DNA of 64,000 nucleotides from the NCBI GenBank assembly GCA_963755915.1, contig CAVWLP010000002.1:3616001-3680000 (forward strand), written 5' to 3'. A program made the position numbers and the translations under genes. The notes under the pieces are model-generated. The model did no database searches. It had not been told where the DNA came from and was given only the letters and a program-made list of their open reading frames with translations. This DNA comes from an uncultured Phycisphaerales bacterium (lineage in GTDB: Bacteria; Planctomycetota; Phycisphaerae; Tepidisphaerales; Tepidisphaeraceae). Shown piece after piece: positions 55,157-64,000 of the stretch. Each line of letters starts with the position of its first letter. The first letter of the stretch is position 1.

Positions 55157-56345
55157 ACTTTATCCCCGCTTCGATTAGCTCCACCTTGCTTTCCCGTTCG
55201 GAGTCCAGTCCACCCGAGGTCGCCCGCGAGCACGCACGCTTCCTCGACGCCCGGCTCATGATCGTCGACGACGAGCCGATCAACGTCAAGGTAGTCCGCA
55301 AGTATCTCCAAGGCGCCGGCTATAAGAATTTCGTCTCCACCTCCGACTCCACTCAGGCCATGAACCTCCTCCGTAGCGAGCAGCCCGACGCCGTCCTGCT
55401 CGACATCATGATGCCCCAGGTCAATGGCCTGGAGATCCTCAAATGGATCCGCGAAGACGCGACCTTTCGCCATACGCCGGTGCTCATTCTCACCGCCTCC
55501 ACTGACGCCCCAACCAAGCTCGCCGCTCTCGAATCCGGCGCCACCGACTTTCTCGCCAAGCCCGTCGATCCCCACGAGCTTCTTCCTCGCCTCCGCAACG
55601 TCCTGACCGTAAAGGCCCATCAGGACTATCTCGCCGGCTATTCCGTCAAGCTGGAACGCGAAGTCCAGAAACGCACGGCTGAAGTCGAAATGTCGCGACT
55701 GCGCGTCATTCAATGCCTCGCGGCGCCGGCGAATATCGCGACGACACGACCGGCCGTCACGTCATCCGCGTCGGACGCTGTGCCGCCGTCGTCGCGTCTG
55801 AGCTCGGCTACTCCAATCAGCAATCCGCTATGCTCGAACTTGCCGCCCAGCTTCACGACATCGGTAAAATCGGCATCCCCGACGCGATCCTCCTCAAGCC
55901 GGCAAAACTCACCCCCGAAGAAACCGCCGTCATGCGCAAGCATTGCGAGTATGGCAAAGCCATCATCGAACCCACCAGCGCCAGCGAAGCCGAGCTTGCG
56001 CGAAAATACGCCGACCTCGGCGTCATCGCAAATCAGTCCGTCGATTCCCCCGTCCTTCGCATGGCCGCCGATATCGCCATCAGTCATCACGAACGAGTCG
56101 ACGGCTCCGGCTATCCCTTCGGACTCCGCGGCGATTCCATTCCCCTGGAAGGTCGCATCACCGCCCTGGTTGACGTGTTCGACGCTCTGCACAGTCCCCG
56201 ACCCTACAAACCTGCCTACCACACAGAAAAATGCCTGGAAATCATTAACTCGGGCCGAGGCAAAGAATTCGACGAAGCCGTCCTTGACGTCTTCTTTACC
56301 CGAATTGATGACATCGAATCTGTATACAAAGAGAACGCCGACTGA
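55153..56345 (+). CDS. REC + HD-GYP response regulator (RpfG-like c-di-GMP phosphodiesterase); indel near 55720
   Basis: IVDDEP, LLDIMMP, FLAKP; then TGRHVIRV, LHDIGKIG, HHERVDGSGYP, DVFDAL, RPYK. Confidence 0.95.
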
Positions 56346-56609
56346 AAAGGCCCCGGTGCCTTCGGGCTCGCTCTGACCATCCTCCGACCCCGGGGAAATT
56401 GATGGGCGATACCGGATTCGCGCATGACGAAAACATCCCGAAAAACCAATAGACGCGCACCGAGGCGACGCAGAATCCCGTGCATTTTTGCCTACGGCGC
56501 CGGGACCAGCACCTCCGGCGTTAATTCTGGTTCTGACCCCTTCAGTACAAAAGGTTACAGTCCGCAACAAGCTGGGGGGGTTTGGGTGGGATGAGGTACG
56601 GGTTCGCGC

Positions 56610-56635
56610 GATATCAATGATATCAATGATATCAA
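56610..56635. repeat. 9-bp tandem repeat (GATATCAAT, about 2.9 copies)
   Basis: GATATCAATGATATCAATGATATCAA in the intergenic region. Confidence 0.85.
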
Positions 56636-56720
56636 AACGGGAAGGGGACAATCGAAATTTGAGCCGTCGATATTGCGACATACAACAGTCGTGGGGCAGA
56701 CCCGTCCCGGATCGGAGCGT

Positions 56721-59700
56721 CTAGGCCGGCGCGAGGGTGTCGAAGGTTTCGAGGATTAGGGAGGCGGCCGAGGATTCCGTCAGCGTTGGGGAATCGTCTT
56801 CGACCATTCCGCTGAAAGTTGAGAGGATGTAGGCGGCTTCGTCGCGGGAGATTCCGTAGAGGTGGAAATAGGCGGCGTCGAGTTCGGCGCGAAGCTGGGC
56901 AGCTCGGGGTCTTTCCATTTGTGGACCCCTTCCTTGAAGCCGGCGGCTTCGGCGAGGGGCCGCATGTCGTCGGCAGTGCAGGTCATTTTCAAAACGCGAT
57001 CGGAAATCCATTTTTCGAGGGTTTGTTTCTTGTCCCAGGGGCAGCGGTCTTCATAGGCGTCGGGAGGGAAAATCGGGAGCTGCTCGACAATAAAAAAATT
57101 CATGTGGATGTGTGGGATCTTCCGTTTGGCAACGAAATCCAATGGGATACTGTTTAGGTTAGCCAGCAAGCAGCATTGCAGCCTTATCCGGATTACAGGA
57201 TCGAACCTAATGAACGGTGCGGTGTTAGTCACTGCTACGGTCGGGATGAACGTAGCCAGCATTGTGCGGTCGTCGGTTGCACGGGTGACGTCTCGAAACG
57301 CCAGAAGTGCCGGCGGTTTCAAATCGCCGAGGCGATCATAAACGATGCCAGATTGGACCCACCAGCGGGGCTGGGCAACAAACTCAGGGTTCTGATGCTC
57401 AACCAGGGTGCTCTGATCAGTTTGTCCTTGGTTGACCCAATTTTCCTTCCGGATAAACACACTTCCGAAACGGTGGTCATAAGGGCGAAACATTTTCGCC
57501 TCGTAGAGTGGAAGGTAGTCGACTTTGCCCTTTTTCCAATGGTTCCCAATGGGTTTTGCGCCGCGCTTTTTGAGATCGGCCGGTGATAGAAAATGCTCGG
57601 CATCGTTGGTCTGGTGAAACATTGCAAGAAATCGCACTCCCCACGGATTTCCGCCGGATTTTCTCCTTTCGTCTATCAGAATCGGGACGCGTTTATATAT
57701 CGCTTTGGTCATTTCGGCGTCACGCCCGTTGCTGAAAATGGGACAAGTCATCGTGTTAGGATTCAGTAGGGCCAGATCCTTGCGCGAGAGCCGCACATGA
57801 CGGTGTTTCTCGGTCAGATCCGTAATATCGTGCGCGAAGAAAACAAAATCGGCATCAGGTGTTTTGTGATTGGCGCCTCCAAGAAGGAGTATCGAGAATT
57901 TGAAGGAGCGGTGTACGTCGCGAAAGATGGGTTTCGTGTTTTCGAAATCGTAAAGGGCAATAAGGGATTCCGTCTCGGTCAGATTATTGAAAAAGAATTT
58001 CGTCGTGTCCTCGGTGGCAATTCCGGACGGGACGAGTAACCCGACGCGGCCGGTAGCACGAACGATTTTTCTAGCGAGTTCCGCGAAGACCATGTAGGTG
58101 TTTATGTCGCCGCGGCCGGTAAGGGGGAAATGGCCGCTGGTTCGGACGTGGTCGAGGGTGCGATCGGCGGAGTCCTTGGCCTGAACATAGCTCTGATAGA
58201 GGGTTGGATTTTCCGATTCGAGGGTTGTGATGAGTTTTCGGCGTTCTGCGGCGCTGACGGCGCTGGCGATTTGAGGGGCGGCGAAGGCGAAGAATTCCCG
58301 CTCCTGCAGTTTCATTCGCTCCCATGGAGGGTTACCGATGACGCAGTCGAAGCCGCTTCCACCGGGGCGTTTGAAGATCAGGGGGAACGCTTTTTCCCAC
58401 TCCATGGCACGGGGATGGACGGCAGGGTCGGTAACGAGGCTGTTGCCGCAAACGATGTTGCCGGCGAGGTTGGCGAGCGTTCTGCCGCGGCGGGCGGAGC
58501 GAATCCACAGGGCGAGTTGGGTAATCTCGACGGCTTCGGGCGACACGTCAACGCCGAACAGGTTTTCGCTCAATATCATTTCGGAAACAGCGTCGGCCCA
58601 GGTGGATGCCGGCTGGCCGGTGTGATGGACAAGATTCTTCACGACGGCGCCATACTGCTCGTAGGCGGCAATAAGGAATGCTCCGCTGCCGCAGGCAGGA
58701 TCGACAACCGCAATTTGGCGAAGGGCGGCGAGGCATTGACGCCAATATTCAGCAAAGACGCCTGAGGGCGGCGTGCGGAGGGATTCATTGGGATCGACGC
58801 CTTGCTCTTTAGCGAGGGCGGCAAAGCGCTCGTCGATAAGCGGCTGGATGGTGTGGGCGGCGATGAAGGACGTAAATTCGGGCGGGGTATAATAGATGCC
58901 GAAGCGTTTTCGCTCGGCGCTTTTGGGCATGACGGGGAAGCGATCGGGGTCGGGGGTGAAGAAGGCCTTTGTGGCACGGAGCTTTTCGATTTCGCTGACG
59001 GATTTTTCGAAGATATGCCCGAGCACGTCGACGTTTACGTCGTCGCGAAAATCATATTTGCCGATTTCCTGGAAGATAGAGGTCCAGCTATCTTCGAGGT
59101 TGAGGTCGTCCACGTCCGGGTCGTGGGCGAAAAGGCCGCCGTTGTATCCGGTGGTCAGGTCGAGGTTGGGATGCCCCTTGTCGATGGCGTAGAAGGTGTC
59201 GAGGAAAGCGCGCCAGCGGGGGTTTGTCGCTCTGGCCAGAGGGGGTGCGCTTTTCCAGGTGGAGTCAATAAGCTTGGCGGGAAGAAGGCCGCGGTCTTGG
59301 CAGAAGGCTATGAAGATGATGCGGTCAAGAAGTTTCTGAGCGGCGCAGGGCCTGGTCGTGGGATTTGCCATGGTTGGCGATGAGTTCCTGGATGAGGCGG
59401 ATGCGCTGCTCGTTGTAATAGTTGTAAAGCTGGTCGCCGACTTCGCGCTGGCGCGTGTCTGTCCGCTGGATGAGTTCGAGTGCGCGTGGGATTTTGACAA
59501 TATGGTTGGCGAGCAGCCCACCGCGTTCGAACAGGACGTAGAAGCGGGCGAATTCTTGCGGGTCTCGAAGCTTCTGTAGCTCAAACTGCTCGAATACGCG
59601 CTGGGTTTTGTCGCGGTGGTAGAGCCGGATGGAGACAAAGTTGGAGACGATTCCCCACGGACAATCAGGAAGATTATACAGGTAGTCCCAGCACTGCTGG

Positions 59701-60158
59701 ACTGGGGTACGGCCATTGAATTTGTCGTGGTCAAGATCGGTGGAAGAGTCCTTTAATTCGATGACGGCGCGGATGGTTCGGGGCTCTACGGGGGGAAATC
59801 CGCCGAGTACCCCATCGGGGGTGCCGATTCCTGCGATGAAGAAGCTCTTTTCATATTGGTAGGATGAGGGGCTGGTTGTGCTGCTGGAATAGCGCAAGGC
59901 TTGCCCGAAGACCTCCTGTCGAAAGGCCTCGTCGAGGGAAGTTTCTTTTTTGGCGAGGTGCCCATTCGATTCAAGATCGGCCCACCGGAGGAGGATTTTA
60001 TGCGCGGCCTCGACACTGGGACCCTGGTTGATCGGTTTTGCCGCCTCTTCGTTGAGGTAGAGAGGGAGGATCAGCGGACGGTGGCTGGTTGGGGCAGTTC
60101 TCCGGAAGAGTTGTCCGGAATCCTGCTTCGGTGGGGCTTGCGGTTTGGGATTCTTCAT
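56721..60158 (-). CDS. Type IIG (Eco57I-like) fused restriction endonuclease / N6-adenine methyltransferase; indels near 59340 and 56895
   Basis: N-terminal PD..ELK nuclease-like motif (TPDGVLG..VIELKD), QKLLDRIIF..DRGLL, YNGGLF, GIYYTP, DPACGSGAFL, VIGNPPW, and a C-terminal TRD region; three ORFs join. Confidence 0.88.
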
Positions 60159-60370
60159 CGCCGTTGCCCAGCGGGTGCCGGGCGGGAGCATCTTGGCGGA
60201 TTTTGAGTGAGGTTACAACCCTCGGTACGAGCGCAGCTTTGGGGCTGTGTTTTGCAGAAGAAGGAGAGGGGCGCTGCGCGAGAGAGTAGAGCAGTGGTAA
60301 GTAGAGCAGTAGAGGAATATGGGGGGGCTTTGCGGGGGGCGCTTTGCGAGGAAGCTGAAGTTATGTCTAA

Positions 60371-60405
60371 CGTGTCCGGCAGGACTCGAACCTGCAACCC
60401 TCGGT
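60371..60405 (-). other. 3' half of a tRNA (probably Arg), att-site core; not a complete tRNA
   Basis: Minus strand reads ACCGAGGGTTGCAGGTTCGAGTCCTGCCGGACACG (T-arm GCAGG-TTCGAGT-CCTGC); no GTGTCCG 5' strand or D-arm upstream. Confidence 0.8.
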
Positions 60406-60442
60406 ACTCATTCCGAGGGAGTGCCAGGGTACGATCATGGGA

Positions 60443-60955
60443 TCACCCCATCATCTTTCGAGCCAGGGTCGATTGAATCAGATTGGCGCGTTCGAGGTCC
60501 ACGTTGGTTTTGAGAATTGTGCCGCCCAGGCCCTGCAAGTGGTCGAAGATCGCGCTGGGGTTTTCGGCGACTTCCAGGACCAGCAGGGCTGAAGTTCCTG
60601 GCCGGATCATGGAGGCGATATCCTGCTTGAACGTCTCATCAATGCCCAGAGAGTTCGAACCATCCGGGGCGACGGAATCCATCATCCGGGTCAGGGCGTC
60701 ATCGCTCAACATCGGCACGGCCAGCGCGAAACCAGCCAAAAGGCCCAGCGTTCCGTTGCCCAGAAGATGATGGCGGGCCGAGAATGGGTTGCCGTTGAAG
60801 GTTAGGGAGCCGTCCGGCGACCTGACGATGATTGCGATGTCGAGCAGCCGCAGGTATTGCTGCGGACCGGCGAGAGCGACGATGACGTCGCGGGTGCGCT
60901 GGGCGCGAGTGACATCGTCATATCCAACTGCCCAAAGGTGTGCCGAGGTTGCCAT
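60443..60955 (-). CDS. DUF1269-family membrane protein
   Basis: LWAVGYDD..A, LLDIAIIVRSPDG, GTLGLLAG, GIDETFKQDI..PGTSALLVL, GGTILKTN. Confidence 0.8.
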   Translation of the reverse strand: MATSAHLWAVGYDDVTRAQRTRDVIVALAGPQQYLRLLDIAIIVRSPDGSLTFNGNPFSARHHLLGNGTLGLLAGFALAVPMLSDDALTRMMDSVAPDGSNSLGIDETFKQDIASMIRPGTSALLVLEVAENPSAIFDHLQGLGGTILKTNVDLERANLIQSTLARKMMG

Positions 60956-60991
60956 GGTGATGCCCTGGCTGGTGACTCCTACTGCGGACTT

Positions 60992-62344
60992 CTAATTGTG
61001 TGACCCGACTGCCGCGGCCGTGGGTTGGGGTGGGGCGGGTAAATCGGGCGGATGTTCGGGTGATGCCTGGACCGGTTCGACTGGGCACTGGTTTATGATA
61101 AGCCGCGAGCCGCGGCCGTTTGTGAAGTAGGACCATATCCACTGCACAAATACGCTGTATCGCAGGTTTCGCTGGGCGAGATAGAGGATGTGGATGGTGG
61201 CCCAGGCCTGCCAGGCGAGGAAGCCGCTGAGCTGGACTTTGCCGGATTGGAGGACGGCATATCCCTTGCCGATGACGGCCATGTTTCCTTTGTCGAAATA
61301 GCGGAATGGTTTTGGGGCGGGTTTGCCGTCCAGGCGTCGGCGAATGAGCTTGCCGACGTATTTTCCCTGCTGCATGGCGACCTGGGCGACGCCGGGGAGG
61401 GGTTTGCCGTCCTGCATCATGGAGGCGGTGTCGCCGATGACGAAAATTTCTGGATGACCGGGAACGGAGACATCTTCGTTGACGAGTACGCGGCCGGCGC
61501 GGTCGGTGGGGACGCCGAGCCATTTTCCCGCGGGGGAAGGGGTGACGCCGGCGGTCCAGATGACGGTTTTGCCGGAGATCCGCTCGCCGGCGGTGACGAT
61601 GCCATCGGCATCGATCTGATCGACGCTTTGGCCAAGGCGGACGTCGACGCCGAGGTTTTCCAGCCGCTTTTTCGCCTTGGCGGACAAGTGCTCGGAAAAG
61701 GTGCCCAGAACGCGGGTGCCCCTGTCGACCAGGACGATTCGTGTGCTCGTGGGATCGACACGGCGGAATTCCGATTTCAGCGTGCTGCGGACCAGAGCGG
61801 CGATGGCGGCCGCCATTTCAACGCCGGTGGGTCCGGCACCGACGAGAATGAAGGTGAGAAGTTCCTGGTGCCGCTTGGGGTCCTCCTCTGCCTCGGCTTG
61901 TTCGAATGCTTTGAGGATTCGATTGTGCACCGATTCTGCATCGGCAAGGGTTTTCAATCCGGGGGCGAATTGGGCGAACTCGTTATGGCCGAAGTAACTG
62001 TGGCTGGCGCCGGTGGCGAGGATGAGATAGTCGTAGCTCACGCGAACGCCCTCGCGGTCGGAGGAATTGGCGATGATGCAGCGCTGCTGCGTGTCTACGC
62101 CGGTCACTTCGCCCAGGATAACGGTGGTGTTCGGCTGCTTGCCGAGGATGACGCGAAGGGGCGATCCGATCTGAGTCGGGGCCAATATGGATGTGGCGAC
62201 CTGGTAGAGGAGGGGTTGAAACACGTGATGGTTGTTTTGATCGAACAAGGCGATTTTGGCCGGTGCTTTGCGCAGGGCCTTGGCGGCCTCGAGTCCGCCG
62301 AAGCCTCCGCCGACGATGACGATTTCTGGTATGCGATCAGTCAT
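60992..62344 (-). CDS. ndh: Type II NADH dehydrogenase-like FAD/NAD(P) oxidoreductase
   Basis: IVIVGGGFGG, FQPLLYQVAT, LVGAGPTGVEMA, IWTAGV, FVIGD, AQVAMQQG, YFDKGNMA. Confidence 0.92.
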   Translation of the reverse strand: MTDRIPEIVIVGGGFGGLEAAKALRKAPAKIALFDQNNHHVFQPLLYQVATSILAPTQIGSPLRVILGKQPNTTVILGEVTGVDTQQRCIIANSSDREGVRVSYDYLILATGASHSYFGHNEFAQFAPGLKTLADAESVHNRILKAFEQAEAEEDPKRHQELLTFILVGAGPTGVEMAAAIAALVRSTLKSEFRRVDPTSTRIVLVDRGTRVLGTFSEHLSAKAKKRLENLGVDVRLGQSVDQIDADGIVTAGERISGKTVIWTAGVTPSPAGKWLGVPTDRAGRVLVNEDVSVPGHPEIFVIGDTASMMQDGKPLPGVAQVAMQQGKYVGKLIRRRLDGKPAPKPFRYFDKGNMAVIGKGYAVLQSGKVQLSGFLAWQAWATIHILYLAQRNLRYSVFVQWIWSYFTNGRGSRLIINQCPVEPVQASPEHPPDLPAPPQPTAAAVGSHN

Positions 62345-62527
62345 GTTTCTCCTCGTTTGGTAAGCGGGAGATGGTGGACTTGCTCAGGTTGCTTAGATCG
62401 GTGGCAATTTCGCGCAGAGCGCTTTGGATGCCTTTGACTGCGGCGGTAATGACCCATTTGGGAATATGATCGAGCCGAGTATTTGTGCCGCGAGAATGGG
62501 TTGCATGCTGTTGCATCGAACACCGCG

Positions 62528-64000
62528 TCAACGAGTGCTTTGCACCACCCAGCGAATCCCGGAGGCGATGGCGCGGCCGCGGGCAAAGAAAATCACCATA
62601 AACAGGGCGGCTGCACCGATGAGTGCCTGGTAGGCAAAAGTGTCGGCGAAGGAGTTTACTACTGATTGCATCAGGAGCCGGCCGTGGAGGATTCCCATCG
62701 AGGCGGCTTCGGCTTGAGCATGAGGGAAGCCGGTCGATTGAAAGGCGGCGGCGCCTTGTCGAAGAGCATCCTGGGCGGTGAGGTTATATAGATTAATGTT
62801 CTCTCCCAATCGGCCCGACCAGAAGCTGCGGCGCTGATCGACGAGGATGGTGAGGATGGCGATTCCCCAGCTTCCGCCAAGCTGGCGCTGGCATAAATAC
62901 AATTCCATTCCTTCGCCGATCAGGACATTTGGAACTTGGCTGTTGATGAGGGTTGAGATGGGTCCGATCTGCCAGCCGCCGCCGAAACCGGTGAGAGCGA
63001 GCGGGAGATACATCTCCTCGTCGGAGAGGTTGGTTGTGAGGCGGAAAGTCCAGACGAGCATTCCGGCCATAAAAATTGCCGCCCCGACGCCGAGCGCGGC
63101 TCGGAAGCCAAGTCGCTTCATGAGCAGAGCGCCGGCGACCAGGCCAACGGTGAACCAGATCGCGTTGACCGTCTGGAGCTTGCCGGTTCCGTAGGCGGAG
63201 TGATGTTGAACATTGCGAAGAAATTGCGGAACGAAATACATCTGGCCGAAAAGCATCATTCCGAGCATGAGCACGTAGATGGATCCCAGGACGAAGTTGC
63301 GGCTGCCGTAGGTTTTGAGGCTGATGATCGGATCGTGATTAGACGGGTGACGTTCCCACCAGATGAAAAGGGGCAGACATGTGGCGGCGAGAATGGTTAG
63401 CGTGACGATCAGCGGATCGGAAAACCAGTCGTCGCGTTCGCCGCGGCTGAGGACAATCTGCATCGATGCGAGCCAGCCGACGAGAAGCAGGAGGCCCGGA
63501 ATATCCAGGGGCACGCGGGATCGGGCTGCCTTAACGTCAGGAAAAAAGGCGATGGCCATGACCAGCGCGGCCAGCGCGAGGGGCACGTTCAGGAAAAAGA
63601 TATATCGCCAGCTATACCATTCGGTCAGGAAGCCGCCGATAAAAGCCCCGGAGGTTCGGGCAAGAATAATCACGCCGAAGGCTAGGACGAAAAGAGCTTT
63701 CAGGCGAGCCTTGCCGTCGTAGACTCGGGTGATTGCCGTCTGGGCTCGGGTCAGGAAGTTTCCACCGGCGAAGCCCATGAATCCACGGAACACCAGCATC
63801 TGGGCCAGCGTGTGGCTCATTCCGCAGCCGATCGACGAGCACATGAAGAGGACGATGGCGCCGATCATCCAGCGTCGATATCCGATCTTGTCCGCGGTCC
63901 AGTTGCTGAGAACCAGGCCGATCAGGAAGCAGACGGTATAGGTTGTGATGATCCAGCCTCCCTCGTCGAACGAGGCGGCGAGATCGCCCTGGATGTCAGG
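62528..64000 (-). CDS. DHA2 (EmrB/QacA) MFS efflux transporter (5' end outside window)
   Basis: Multiple TM helices, GGFLTEWYSWRYIFFLNVP, LSRGERDDWFS, RNF, RQLGGSWG; the frame is open to the window end. Confidence 0.92.
   Translation of the reverse strand, partial: PDIQGDLAASFDEGGWIITTYTVCFLIGLVLSNWTADKIGYRRWMIGAIVLFMCSSIGCGMSHTLAQMLVFRGFMGFAGGNFLTRAQTAITRVYDGKARLKALFVLAFGVIILARTSGAFIGGFLTEWYSWRYIFFLNVPLALAALVMAIAFFPDVKAARSRVPLDIPGLLLLVGWLASMQIVLSRGERDDWFSDPLIVTLTILAATCLPLFIWWERHPSNHDPIISLKTYGSRNFVLGSIYVLMLGMMLFGQMYFVPQFLRNVQHHSAYGTGKLQTVNAIWFTVGLVAGALLMKRLGFRAALGVGAAIFMAGMLVWTFRLTTNLSDEEMYLPLALTGFGGGWQIGPISTLINSQVPNVLIGEGMELYLCQRQLGGSWGIAILTILVDQRRSFWSGRLGENINLYNLTAQDALRQGAAAFQSTGFPHAQAEAASMGILHGRLLMQSVVNSFADTFAYQALIGAAALFMVIFFARGRAIASGIRWVVQSTR

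Noticed and set aside
54640-55725. Programmed frameshifting or phase variation in the kinase and HD-GYP genes
   Set aside because: No long slippery tract; similar indels occur throughout the window, so sequencing error is the simpler explanation.
56721-60158. BREX PglX or DISARM methylase
   Set aside because: No partner genes are adjacent, and an N-terminal nuclease-like motif favours a stand-alone type IIG enzyme.
60285-60314. AGTAGAGCAGT direct repeats
   Set aside because: Only two full short copies in purine-rich intergenic DNA; no function can be supported.
60371-60445. Complete tRNA-Arg gene
   Set aside because: The upstream sequence cannot pair with the acceptor 3' strand, and there is no D-arm.
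61190-62437. Long antisense ORFs (this one, 33608-34639, 52815-53756, 17805-18734 and others)
   Set aside because: Shadow ORFs opposite well-supported genes, expected in high-GC DNA.

Overview
GC-rich bacterial DNA, most consistent with Planctomycetota (Phycisphaerae/Tepidisphaerales-like). This is inferred from DUF1559-type prepilin proteins, PEP-CTERM proteins and LExRxLL extracellular proteins. About 20 small indels split otherwise intact genes, which looks like long-read error. Layout: (i) 1-27.4 kb, a carbohydrate-utilisation region with an alginate-lyase-family protein, clan GH-A hydrolases, a GH130 phosphorylase, PEP-CTERM and DUF1559 proteins, a sugar ABC transporter, two paralogous LacI regulators and tandem TPR-sulfotransferases. 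Five promoter-associated copies of an unusual AT-centred palindrome (consensus TTTCATATATATGAAA) tie it together. (ii) 30.1-35 kb, a deleted integrative element at a tRNA-Val 3' fragment. It carries an integrase, an excisionase and a type III (HORMA/TRIP13) CBASS with a 5'-truncated CD-NTase, no effector, and a TRIP13 fused in frame to a PRTase-like domain. (iii) 35.1-45.9 kb, a second LacI-controlled glycan locus (PEP-CTERM x2, DUF1559, GH10, GH-A, GH79). (iv) 46.8-56.3 kb, a 1955-aa Ig/PKD surface protein translationally coupled to a hybrid kinase and an HD-GYP response regulator. (v) A type IIG restriction-modification gene, a tRNA-Arg 3' fragment (att site), DUF1269, NDH-2 and a DHA2 MFS transporter. 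No CRISPR array, rRNA or complete tRNA was seen. All family calls come from motif recognition by eye; no database was searched.
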